Shown here: piece by piece, positions 1 to 10,179 of the stretch
Layout of the letters: the number at the start of each line of letters is the position of its first letter
Numbering within the stretch: the first letter of the stretch is position 1
IMG/VR virus record: IMGVR_UViG_3300027973_002292
Span: 63,649-127,648 of that record
Reading direction: 5' to 3' (one strand)
DNA: 64,000 nt
From: a virus
The notes under the pieces: generated by a model
Told to the model about the DNA's origin: nothing
The model's input: the letters and a program-made list of their open reading frames with translations, nothing else
Databases searched by the model: none
Program-made: the position numbers and the translations under genes

Positions 1-1
1 A

Positions 2-448
2 TTTAGAACTGACGAGTCCGCTGTTATCGATTACGTTTTGCACACAATATCTAACAGATCGTGTCCCAGAGGTATTCCTGGAGATGTCTCTTTAGACAAT
101 AGACAATTTTGGACTAAACAAAGACCTTTCGGATGCTGCTATCCAAGATTCTATTTTGTTAAATTAATACCTAAAGTATCTGCAGATACAGTAATGTATT
201 CAGATCACTATACTCAGATGGAGTATTATCTTAGAGCAATGTGTAATGGATTTGTGAACAACAGCACAGAGATAGCTCCTCAAGAAATTCAAAAAATAAT
301 TTCAGAAAATGAAACAGGTATTGATTATGTTGGGGGTTATGACTCTGCGGTTGGGGATTATTTATTTGAAGACCTCATGAGAAAATCTTATGATATTTCG
401 ACTAGTAATTACATACCAATACCGCCAAGTTCTAGTACGAAACAATAA
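2..448 (+). CDS. 3' end of a hypothetical (probably virion) protein, truncated by the window start
   Basis: Frame is open from position 2 to TAA 446-448. It is followed after 1 nt by the next ATG, like the other genes of this operon. Confidence 0.75.
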   Translation, partial: FRTDESAVIDYVLHTISNRSCPRGIPGDVSLDNRQFWTKQRPFGCCYPRFYFVKLIPKVSADTVMYSDHYTQMEYYLRAMCNGFVNNSTEIAPQEIQKIISENETGIDYVGGYDSAVGDYLFEDLMRKSYDISTSNYIPIPPSSSTKQ

Positions 449-449
449 T

Positions 450-3400
450 ATGAGCGCATTAACCGAAAATAAACAATTCCTTAGCGGAGTTTTGGCTGGT
501 GAAACTTTAGATTTTGACAAGGATGTTTTCGGGCTTTGGGTTAGTGTTTTTGAAAATGTTAATCACAGTGTTAATGGGTATTCATATCCTAAGCCAATAG
601 TACAAGATTTTACAGCGTTAGACTACGCGGTAGTAAATAAAAAATTATCAACATTCAATTACGATGGTGAATATTCTGATGTAAAGTTTTTTATCACTTC
701 TGGAAAAAAAGGATTTGAAGATTTTACAGAAATTGTTTCTGATATAACTGACACATTTGTTACTGGCTACAAGCCTTTAGTAATTATGCCAGATATGGAT
801 TTTGTTGGCAAAGTCTATAGAAAATACGAAATCACAGGATTAGTAAAGTCTTTGTATGGTAATGGTCAAATTCTAACCGTCTCTGGAGAAGACTGGACGG
901 CAACCAATATATCAGTTCAAGCTAACGGGACCGATTTGGAATACGGTTACTACGATCAACAATATTCGGGATACTCAAATGAGGTAACGGCTAGATACAA
1001 GTTTCTTTACGACAATCCAAATAATTCTATTGAACAAAATATTTCCACATTTGAGATGCCAACTCAAGTTGAAAATGGAGCAGATATAAGATACAGAATA
1101 TCAAGGAAAAGCGATCCGCTTGGATCTTATTTTTCTCCTATCACAACTGCAGATGGTAAAATAACAATAGATTATTCTATATATAAAGATGAAGTATCTG
1201 GATTTGCGGATTCTTTGGTTAACTATAATTTTAAGCAAACAGCAAAATTTGTATTTCCTCAAAGAGTATTTCAAAACTTAGAGCAAGGTCAGTCTGTTAT
1301 TAGACCAATAAACGATTCTTCAATAACTGGCGTTCAGTTGTCTAGAATAGTTGATAAGAATGATTTAGATTATTTTAGTTTTAAACTATTAACAACTGGA
1401 AATTATTCTGAAATATACAAAGTATCTTTTAATTTAGATAGATTTTCTTCTATAGTGAAGCAAGATGTTCAAGGCTATGTTTTAACTGGAATTCAAATAG
1501 AAGACGGATCACCAAAAACAGTTATTGATATAGCAATAAATTCAGGAGTTTACCCGAGAGTAATTCAATCTACAAAATATAATTCTGATGAGCTGTTAAA
1601 TCTAGTAAATTCAGATGAGCTAATATACAATGAGGAAAAGGCTCAAGAAAACGCTGCTAATATTGATTATGGTGATGAAGATAAGTTTGCGCTTAATTTA
1701 AGGCAAGACGTAGAAAATAGACAAAAAATTATAAATAGCCTTCTTACAGATGATCCTTTGGCTGGGCTAGAAGACTCAACAGACACTACCATCTCAAGAA
1801 GAACCGTAGACGATTTGGAGATAGAAGACTTAAACTCTGAAAATGAAAACATTATATTACAGAAATTTATTCTGCCCATTTTCCCTTTACCAAAGGAAGC
1901 CGTTGATAAGGATTATTTTTCTAATTATATAAACTCTGGAGAAGAGTATGTAGCTAACCCATTGGTTTCTTATAATTTAAATACTAATTATCTTTTCTAT
2001 GGAAATCAATATGGTCAATTAGGATACTACATAGAAGAAACTGAGAACGGAACAACAAGAACAGTAATAAATTCAACTTGCAATGGTGTATTTATAAAAG
2101 AAACGGGAGTTTGCATTGGAGATTCTGCTACTTTCGCTAACATGCCGTATGTTGATGAGGTTTATCTTTTAAATGGCCAAGCTACAAATATTCCTAGTAA
2201 CGGAATAATATCAAAACAAAACTTTATTGATAATGATACTTGGTCTTCTGCTATTAATTATTATTATAATAAAAATTATTTATTGTCATGCGCTATCTTC
2301 CCGACAGATTCTGAAGAAGGGCGGCAGACTGCTTTAAAGAACGCTTTAAGCACAGCTTTGGGAAGAGTTGGCGTTGGGATGGGAGAGTTCGCTGTGGCCG
2401 GCAAAGATGAAGACGCTTTAATTTATGTCGAGAGAGAAATTTACGTTGAAAGTTACGACTCCGATCAGATCGGTTTATTTAATAATGTTATCAATCCGAT
2501 AGTTGGGGTAACTGGAGATTTTGAATTACAAACAGAGGGCAAAGAAAAACTTTACGCGGTTCAAACTTTTGATACCAGTTTTGCGGCAAGCAGTAAGATG
2601 TCTAGGTATTTCTTTAATGCAAAAGATTATCAAGAGAATGTTGTTTTTAATTCTTTTTATCCTTGCAAAGATAATGCTGGAAATCAAATATTAAGTTACG
2701 CAACTGGAGAAAATTATGGGACAGTTTATTCTAAAGACATCTCTTTAGATCAGTCTCAAATCTATAGGTTAGAGTATGTAACTGGAGACGCTTTTACTTA
2801 TCAAAAACTCTCCTCATACTCCGCTTGGAATGGATTAAATAATGCAAGCATTACTATAACTAATCAAGATGAAAAAAACTATGGCTACCATTTGTATGGA
2901 TATAATTCTGCGACTGATGAGCTTACGTTTACAAAAGCAAATGTGAAAAGCGCCGACACGGCAAGCGTTGGTCAAACGAATGCCGTAGTTTTAAAATTTA
3001 ATAAAAAAGGATTTGGTCAAAAAACTTACGTTAAACAAGACAACGTTAATGCTTTCCGAGCGATAGATAGCACCGTAGTTAATTCTAGCTTTGAAATGGT
3101 AGATCAAGCTAAAGTCTTTTTTAATTTACAAAAATACGATTACGAAGCAAAAATTACGACAAGCGATGACAATGAATCTATTCCTTGGTATACAAATAAA
3201 CAAAATCCAATAAATGACGATAACTATGGTCAAGACGATGCTTTTGGATTAGTTATACCTAGATTTTTTCAAGACTCTTCAGAAGAAGCTAAGGCTTTAG
3301 CGGAGAGTTTAATGTTTTTTCCTAATGGCCCTTCTACTTCAAAAAATTACGAAGGGGTGCCAATTGATTCTAGTAGTATTAATTCTTTTGCAGATGGAGC

Positions 3401-6400
3401 TTTGAATAATACTTTAAAAATAAAAGAAGCTAACTCTTCTTTTGTATTGGAGAATGACTTTGTTTTAAACTTTACTAATAGTGGAAAGCTTACTAAAGAA
3501 GAAGGCTTAAAAGACGTAAAAGATTTCTCTTTATCCAGAAGACTTAAGATAACAAAAATAAAATACAATTTTTATGTTAAGGATTTGATTTTAATTGGTG
3601 ACGCTGGCTTCCCTTACTCTATTGAATTAAATACCGGATGGGAATATAAATTACAATACAGATTAAAGAACGGCGAATGGAAAGAAATGGAAACAGTTTC
3701 TGAATTAGGAAATAAAAAAATTCAAGCTATCTCATCATTTTTAGATCCATATTTTTATAAATTAGAAGACTTATCTACCCCAAATTATTTGTCGATGGTT
3801 GGGTTTGTTTCTAACATCAGCAGATTTTTGGACGATAACGATTACGAGTTTAGAATATTCAAATACCAGAAGCTCATATCTCCATCCGAATCTATCGACA
3901 TTTATCGCAAAACAAATTTCTTGCCGATTCAAGTTAATTTAACATGGGATAGTCAATCTCAATACTACAACATATATCAAGTAGATTACGATGGCAATTC
4001 TAAATTAATAGGAACTGAAATAAATAGCAAAACTACAAGTTATGTTATTCCAAGCGTAAAGCAAGAAGCTTTCAATAAGGGATTAAAAAATTATCCAGTA
4101 AATGGAGTTGGTTATTATAATATTATCGCTTCTGGAGCCTTGCCTCTCACAAACGAAGCGTTAGTTAACGTTTCGGATGTTTTTAATGGGTCTAAAATTG
4201 GAAACGAAGATGGCGGTCAGCTTCAAGTTAGTGTTATACAAAATGTAAATTCCAGCTCAGGATTCAATCCTGTATCTAATGTTACATATTCTCCATTAAT
4301 AAATTTCAATAATCCAGAAGCTAAGATTGCAGATTTTAGCATCAACTCGAATTACAATGGATATTATTTTGTATCAGATAGTAAGAATGCTACAATAACT
4401 AATGCTTTTAATAATCTAGAGTTTTACGTGGCAAATACTGGAGTTTCTCAATGTGTTTTAACTGATACAAATTCTACTACAACAAATATTCCGTCTAATA
4501 ATGTAGCTATCGTAGCTGATTATCCAACTAAATCAGTTTCGGCTTTATCTGCTTTACCGGTTAGTCAGGCCGATTTGCTATCTGGAGAAATTTTATATCT
4601 AACTGCTGGAGCTAGTATAAATGCAAGCGACTTCTCTGGTTCTAGCAGCGTGTCTTTCTCGGCTACTATAATTAATAACTCTAGTTCTTCTATATCAATA
4701 CAGTATGGGGCGGCAAGCATTTCTATACCAGCCAATAAAACAAATAAACTAAATTTTAATAACGGATGGAATGGCTCAACTTACTCTCCAACCATAACAT
4801 TATCGATACCTTATGACAATGTTCAAACTCAAGCTTCTTACATATCTAGTAATGATAGTCTTGTTAATTTGAATTACGAATTGCTTGAGTTGCAAGCGAA
4901 AAATTATTCAAATCTTCCAGTTTATAATCTTTCTAACGATAAGTTGTCTGTTAACGGAGACATAGATTTAGATGGCGATTCTTTTTACTTCGTTAATTGG
5001 AACGGCGGAGAGGCTTCTCCTACCGCTCCGACAGCCACAAAGAAAAAATACTTTGATTATATAAAAATATTTATCAAAGGGGCAGAGACCGAATCTGACA
5101 GTCTTTTCGTTTTAAAAGACGATACAGAAATTAATATTTCTAATTTTAGACCGACCTCCACCACAGCTCAAGATAAAATTTATTTTTTTATTAAAGACAA
5201 CTCTGTAGAGAGAGCTTTAAATATTAAAATTATCAATGGCGCTGACGAGATCGTTTTGCCAAGAGGCTCGCAAGATTTTAAATTAACGATTAAGAAAACA
5301 AGTCTTGATGGTATTAATTATTCAATTCTTTATCCATCTAATGATTTCTCTACTGTAATTACAGACACAAGAGAGCAGATGATCGTCATCAAAACTAATA
5401 ATACTATTATAGATATTGGTTATATTGAATCAGCTTTGAAGTCTAATGCTTTTGTTTATTTTGTTAATAAATCTCTTAGCCAAGTTTCGTTTAAAAAGAA
5501 TTTCGAAAATAAAGACGTTTTCACTTTAGGGGTTGGAAAAGTAGCAAAAGCTGTGTTACAAAAAGGCAGCGGAAGAGCTCTGATTTCAGAAATAATAAAT
5601 CCATTAAATCATTTTAGTTTTGCTATAAACCCTGCTACTCATCTAGCTGATCTATCTGGTATAAATATATTAAATCTTAAATTTTGCGGAACAGAAATCT
5701 CTATTCCATCTGTTAGTTCTTTTGTTGGCGAAAACACCTTCTTGCTTTGCAAGAATAGATTTTTGCAAAATCGAATAGATCAAGTTTCTGTTGCTGGATA
5801 TGATTTGATTAATGAAAATTTAATAAAAGATAACTCTAGAGTTCTTAGACTATATAAGAATAATAACACAGATAAAGTTCCAACTATAGACAGGCTAGAA
5901 GTAGACAACACGAATCAAACAAAATTCTTTAAAGAATCGTCTTCTTCATCTAACTTATACACTGATAACGACTTGGTAAAGCATGAATTTAATGTGTTTT
6001 ATATTAAAGACGCAGATTTAGAAGATTTTACGATTTCAGATTTTTACTCAAGAGAAGATAAGAGATACAGTGGCAAAATATTAACTAGCACTCCTAGAAA
6101 ATTAACAGTGCATTCTTTTGATGAGATATATCCAAAAAGAACGCTGCCTAAAAGCATGAGTTTCAATTTTGATTTTGATGCAGGGGACACTCCAGATGGA
6201 TCGTTGTCGATTAAAGCGCTTCAAATGACTGAAAAGGCAGACTCTATTGTTATCAACTCTATTTCAGAAGATAATGGATTAAAAAAACTATCAGAGCTAG
6301 AAGCTTCGCATTTGTGCGTAAATTTCGCTTATAGCTCAATATTGGTGCAAACTGAGGCTGTGACTTTATATAAGAATAGAATTCTAGACGACAACCTAAC

Positions 6401-9400
6401 TTTCTTTCCAATATATAATAATTCAGAGTTTTTTATAAGCCCATTTCAAGAACAGGCAAGCGTCTATTATCAAAGTGGATCTTCGTATTTTTATGATGTT
6501 GTTTTTGCAACTAATGTTAGTCAAATAGTTTTACCTCAGCCGTTCCCCACTGCTACTAGACCATTTTCTGATTCTAATAAATATATATTTAATAATTTAA
6601 GCTCTAAGCCAATAGACATTAAATTAATATCTACAAATTCGATAATTACTACTTTAAATCCAAATTCTAAAATTACGATTTCAATAAGCGCAGGGGCTTG
6701 GTTTGTTGCGGCTTACAGTAGTTCAACAGATGGCTCATTAGAAAATCCAAATCAGCCGCTCCAAATAGTTTTTCAAAATCAAAATTTAGAAATAGATGCG
6801 TACCATCCTTTCAAAAACCTTTGGGGCGGTGATGGTTATTCTAAAGGATCGTCTGAAATAGTTTCCTTCATCTTGAGCGCATTTTTACCAGATGCTGATG
6901 GAGTAGAAAAAACTGCTGCTATATTAAATGATTCTAAATCTTATGCTATAGTAGACTCTTCTGACGACTTAAGTGTTAACGTTAATACAAATGGTGTAAC
7001 AGCAGGAACCGAGACTATTTTTTGTTTTGGAAGAAGAGGTCCAAAGATAACATTAACAGATTCAGATCTTTATGTTTTGAATGATTTTTATTTGTATTTT
7101 TCATGCAGCGCTGCTAACAAAGTAGAATTTATAACTTTAGGACAAATTTGGGGTCAAAAATTCATAAATTCAAAACCAACCAATCCAATTTATGTAGAAA
7201 GAAATAAATTAGATATTGGCTCGTTGTTCGAAGGTCGAGAATCAAGAATAGATATATCAAATCTAAAAAATGTTACTATGTTTCCGTTTTATAAAGAAAC
7301 ATCGTCTTTTTATCTTCCAAACTTATCAACGAATATAACTGTAGGCGGTCAAGTAAGTAGCGTTGGGCTGCTGCTTAGTGGTAAAAAATTTGTATTTATA
7401 AATCTTGTAATAAATGACGCAGCGTATCCAAATCAAATATATAACTACTCTACATCAACTAACACTAATTTAACATCATTAAATTCTGTAGCTGTGTTTT
7501 CTGTAGTTTTAACTGGCAACACTTACGGGTGGGTAAAGGAAACTAATGCAAATAACATTCCGGTAGTCCAAGACTGTTATCCGCTTTTGAATAATATAAG
7601 TGGAGTTACAGACGAAAATTGCGCTAACATTACAGATGGAAATGAGTTTATATATTTATCGAATATGAACGCTTTCGAGATAAATATAAATAGTTTTAAG
7701 AAAAAACAATTTCAAAATTTCTATCTTTATAACTCTTGTAGCTATCCAATTAGATTGATAAAAGATGGATCTGTCCGGGCTAGCTTATCTTCTTCTTTGG
7801 GTTATTTAAATAAAGTGTCTTTTGATGGAGCATCATTCAATATAACAAGTTTACAATATAATGGAAGCACAGATTTTGTTGAAACTCAATTGCTTCAAAT
7901 AAAAAATGAAGATCAAATTAAAGAAACAGCAACCTCAACATTTCCGAGTCCATCTAAAGACGCTTATTTAAAAATAAACTACTACGTTTCAAATGCATCT
8001 AATAAGTATTTTTCATTATTCAAATCTAAATTAGAAGGAGATTCTTACGTTTGGGATGACATAGATACGTCTGATTTGAAGACAGTAACTGTTTACAACG
8101 CGATCTTAGATGTAAAAGATTTAGAAGATTATGATTCTGACTCTAAATTGTTTGTTTACGGCTCTTCGATAAGAAACGAAAGTAATTATGTTTTTGACGA
8201 TTACGTTTTGAATGTTAAAAATGTCTCAGAAAGGACATCTTCGTTTTTTATTTTTAATAATACAATTAGACCTCTCCATATAATTTTAGAGGGAGCGTTT
8301 GTTGTTTTGCTTCCAACTAGAATGGTCGAAATATACAAAACAACGTCTGGTATAATTTTTAAATACTGCGAGAGCCATCAAAAAGGTAAGTTTTATATTT
8401 CTTACAGAAATTCAAATAAAAATTACATTCAAGATAAAAATACAAAATTATTTATAGATGCAATTAGAGACGTAACTATAAGCTCTGGGGCTTCGTTTGC
8501 TGATGATCAACTGCCTGCTAAAGATAAAAATTGTTTGCTGAGTTTAGTTGCGACGAATGCTGAAATTTGTTATATTGATAAATATTATATTGTAGGCGAG
8601 AGTTTTGGCGGCCAAACTTCTGAGCTGTCTTCTTATTTGTATACTGGTTCTGTTTATGATCTATTAAATATAGGATACTTTACAGATATAAACGCCAATA
8701 AAAAAATAGTAATGCTAAAACCATTTTACAAGATAACAGTGGCTGGGCATTATATTTTTTCTAATAGTAATAATTCTATAGACTTAGCTGTAGCATCAGG
8801 GGAATCGTTCTTGGTAAATAATACCACTAAAAATATTTTTGTTAATAGATCCGGTGGAAGCCTTACATTATATAGAAATACAGTTCTTGTTGTAAACTCA
8901 AACGCGTACAGATACTTAAAGAAAGCTAAAAGTAGAGACGAGTTCTATTCGGTGTTTAATCCTAAAACAATTATATCTACTCAAAGAGAAATCAGCCAAG
9001 TATTAGATATCAAACAGCAACAAGAGATTTTACCTATTAATAATTTAGATTTTGTCGAGCAGCTGTCTTATCTGACATTATACTCAAAGGCCGGCCAAGA
9101 AGAAACTGTTTACTTAAACTTACAAGACTATTATTATGGTCAAGATATTCCATCTGATTGCGCTACCAATATGATAGCTTATGAAATTGGAACAGGGCAT
9201 GAGACTATCTATAAGTTTTTATTCTTTGACCCAGTTGACAATTACTATACGTTACCAGGGATCACAGAAGGAGTAGAGTATGTTGTAGATATTAATGAAG
9301 GTTTATTTTACAATTTAAGCTTGGGAGAAAATATAGCTAACGCTAACTTTGGTTCTGTTAAGTATATGAATAAAAAATACTTTAATGGGCAAACATTTAT

Positions 9401-10178
9401 AGGAGGGAAGTCTTTTTGGTACGAAGTTGATTTCCCGAATTATGTTAGAGTCTATAAAGTAGTAAGAGAAATTCCTAATGGCTTCAAGGTGTCTTATGAG
9501 CCAATAAATGAATTAGGGGTAGCAAACTCTGAAATAATAGAAGGGGAAAATTTAGATCCATTAGGCAAGTTTAAAGAACTAATCTTTTCTACAATAAGTA
9601 ATTCATTATCTACTAAACGAGATACTCCAGCAGCCTTATGCTGGATTCCTGAAAATCAAAACGCATTCTGGTTAGATAAAAATTTTAATAAAGACATTTG
9701 GCAGGTAATGTCTGTGGATCCAAATTCTATAATTAAAATAACTCAAACAGAAAACTCACAAACTAAAGAGCTTTGTTTCGTAAAATGCACTATGAAAAAG
9801 AACGGATTAAGATCTCCAGTTTCTAATTATCATTATGATTTTTATTCAGCATTGCAATCAAAAACTCAAATGAGTGACACCGGAGAAGTTTCTATGGGAT
9901 TTGATTATAATTTAACAGCAACTCAAAGAGGAAAATTAAGAGCAAAAATAGCGGCAGAATATGGAAAACAAGATTTTATTTATTCCGATGGCCCTTTTGA
10001 GTTCGGAACTGTTGGGAGAGAGGATTTGTTGCAAACATCTTCAATCACCCCAAGTCAAGTAAAACAATCTAATTTTGAAGTAACTATTGTTGTGGAAAAA
10101 ATTAAATCTAAACCAGAAGTATCTATAGAAGATTTTTCTTTTGACCCCACGGTTCAGCTACTAAACGAAAACATATAA
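450..10178 (+). CDS. Giant (3242 aa) beta-rich probable virion/tail-baseplate protein
   Basis: 9.7-kb ORF. Start placed at ATG 450 (TAA-T-ATG coupling) rather than 390. N/S/Y/F-rich with degenerate internal repeats and no enzyme motif recognised. Structural role is inferred. Confidence 0.6.
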   Translation: MSALTENKQFLSGVLAGETLDFDKDVFGLWVSVFENVNHSVNGYSYPKPIVQDFTALDYAVVNKKLSTFNYDGEYSDVKFFITSGKKGFEDFTEIVSDITDTFVTGYKPLVIMPDMDFVGKVYRKYEITGLVKSLYGNGQILTVSGEDWTATNISVQANGTDLEYGYYDQQYSGYSNEVTARYKFLYDNPNNSIEQNISTFEMPTQVENGADIRYRISRKSDPLGSYFSPITTADGKITIDYSIYKDEVSGFADSLVNYNFKQTAKFVFPQRVFQNLEQGQSVIRPINDSSITGVQLSRIVDKNDLDYFSFKLLTTGNYSEIYKVSFNLDRFSSIVKQDVQGYVLTGIQIEDGSPKTVIDIAINSGVYPRVIQSTKYNSDELLNLVNSDELIYNEEKAQENAANIDYGDEDKFALNLRQDVENRQKIINSLLTDDPLAGLEDSTDTTISRRTVDDLEIEDLNSENENIILQKFILPIFPLPKEAVDKDYFSNYINSGEEYVANPLVSYNLNTNYLFYGNQYGQLGYYIEETENGTTRTVINSTCNGVFIKETGVCIGDSATFANMPYVDEVYLLNGQATNIPSNGIISKQNFIDNDTWSSAINYYYNKNYLLSCAIFPTDSEEGRQTALKNALSTALGRVGVGMGEFAVAGKDEDALIYVEREIYVESYDSDQIGLFNNVINPIVGVTGDFELQTEGKEKLYAVQTFDTSFAASSKMSRYFFNAKDYQENVVFNSFYPCKDNAGNQILSYATGENYGTVYSKDISLDQSQIYRLEYVTGDAFTYQKLSSYSAWNGLNNASITITNQDEKNYGYHLYGYNSATDELTFTKANVKSADTASVGQTNAVVLKFNKKGFGQKTYVKQDNVNAFRAIDSTVVNSSFEMVDQAKVFFNLQKYDYEAKITTSDDNESIPWYTNKQNPINDDNYGQDDAFGLVIPRFFQDSSEEAKALAESLMFFPNGPSTSKNYEGVPIDSSSINSFADGALNNTLKIKEANSSFVLENDFVLNFTNSGKLTKEEGLKDVKDFSLSRRLKITKIKYNFYVKDLILIGDAGFPYSIELNTGWEYKLQYRLKNGEWKEMETVSELGNKKIQAISSFLDPYFYKLEDLSTPNYLSMVGFVSNISRFLDDNDYEFRIFKYQKLISPSESIDIYRKTNFLPIQVNLTWDSQSQYYNIYQVDYDGNSKLIGTEINSKTTSYVIPSVKQEAFNKGLKNYPVNGVGYYNIIASGALPLTNEALVNVSDVFNGSKIGNEDGGQLQVSVIQNVNSSSGFNPVSNVTYSPLINFNNPEAKIADFSINSNYNGYYFVSDSKNATITNAFNNLEFYVANTGVSQCVLTDTNSTTTNIPSNNVAIVADYPTKSVSALSALPVSQADLLSGEILYLTAGASINASDFSGSSSVSFSATIINNSSSSISIQYGAASISIPANKTNKLNFNNGWNGSTYSPTITLSIPYDNVQTQASYISSNDSLVNLNYELLELQAKNYSNLPVYNLSNDKLSVNGDIDLDGDSFYFVNWNGGEASPTAPTATKKKYFDYIKIFIKGAETESDSLFVLKDDTEINISNFRPTSTTAQDKIYFFIKDNSVERALNIKIINGADEIVLPRGSQDFKLTIKKTSLDGINYSILYPSNDFSTVITDTREQMIVIKTNNTIIDIGYIESALKSNAFVYFVNKSLSQVSFKKNFENKDVFTLGVGKVAKAVLQKGSGRALISEIINPLNHFSFAINPATHLADLSGINILNLKFCGTEISIPSVSSFVGENTFLLCKNRFLQNRIDQVSVAGYDLINENLIKDNSRVLRLYKNNNTDKVPTIDRLEVDNTNQTKFFKESSSSSNLYTDNDLVKHEFNVFYIKDADLEDFTISDFYSREDKRYSGKILTSTPRKLTVHSFDEIYPKRTLPKSMSFNFDFDAGDTPDGSLSIKALQMTEKADSIVINSISEDNGLKKLSELEASHLCVNFAYSSILVQTEAVTLYKNRILDDNLTFFPIYNNSEFFISPFQEQASVYYQSGSSYFYDVVFATNVSQIVLPQPFPTATRPFSDSNKYIFNNLSSKPIDIKLISTNSIITTLNPNSKITISISAGAWFVAAYSSSTDGSLENPNQPLQIVFQNQNLEIDAYHPFKNLWGGDGYSKGSSEIVSFILSAFLPDADGVEKTAAILNDSKSYAIVDSSDDLSVNVNTNGVTAGTETIFCFGRRGPKITLTDSDLYVLNDFYLYFSCSAANKVEFITLGQIWGQKFINSKPTNPIYVERNKLDIGSLFEGRESRIDISNLKNVTMFPFYKETSSFYLPNLSTNITVGGQVSSVGLLLSGKKFVFINLVINDAAYPNQIYNYSTSTNTNLTSLNSVAVFSVVLTGNTYGWVKETNANNIPVVQDCYPLLNNISGVTDENCANITDGNEFIYLSNMNAFEININSFKKKQFQNFYLYNSCSYPIRLIKDGSVRASLSSSLGYLNKVSFDGASFNITSLQYNGSTDFVETQLLQIKNEDQIKETATSTFPSPSKDAYLKINYYVSNASNKYFSLFKSKLEGDSYVWDDIDTSDLKTVTVYNAILDVKDLEDYDSDSKLFVYGSSIRNESNYVFDDYVLNVKNVSERTSSFFIFNNTIRPLHIILEGAFVVLLPTRMVEIYKTTSGIIFKYCESHQKGKFYISYRNSNKNYIQDKNTKLFIDAIRDVTISSGASFADDQLPAKDKNCLLSLVATNAEICYIDKYYIVGESFGGQTSELSSYLYTGSVYDLLNIGYFTDINANKKIVMLKPFYKITVAGHYIFSNSNNSIDLAVASGESFLVNNTTKNIFVNRSGGSLTLYRNTVLVVNSNAYRYLKKAKSRDEFYSVFNPKTIISTQREISQVLDIKQQQEILPINNLDFVEQLSYLTLYSKAGQEETVYLNLQDYYYGQDIPSDCATNMIAYEIGTGHETIYKFLFFDPVDNYYTLPGITEGVEYVVDINEGLFYNLSLGENIANANFGSVKYMNKKYFNGQTFIGGKSFWYEVDFPNYVRVYKVVREIPNGFKVSYEPINELGVANSEIIEGENLDPLGKFKELIFSTISNSLSTKRDTPAALCWIPENQNAFWLDKNFNKDIWQVMSVDPNSIIKITQTENSQTKELCFVKCTMKKNGLRSPVSNYHYDFYSALQSKTQMSDTGEVSMGFDYNLTATQRGKLRAKIAAEYGKQDFIYSDGPFEFGTVGREDLLQTSSITPSQVKQSNFEVTIVVEKIKSKPEVSIEDFSFDPTVQLLNENI

Positions 10179-10179
10179 T

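Noticed and set aside
390-449. Track start of the giant ORF at 390
   Set aside because: It overlaps the upstream gene by 59 nt. ATG 450 fits the TAA-T-ATG coupling used by the neighbouring genes.
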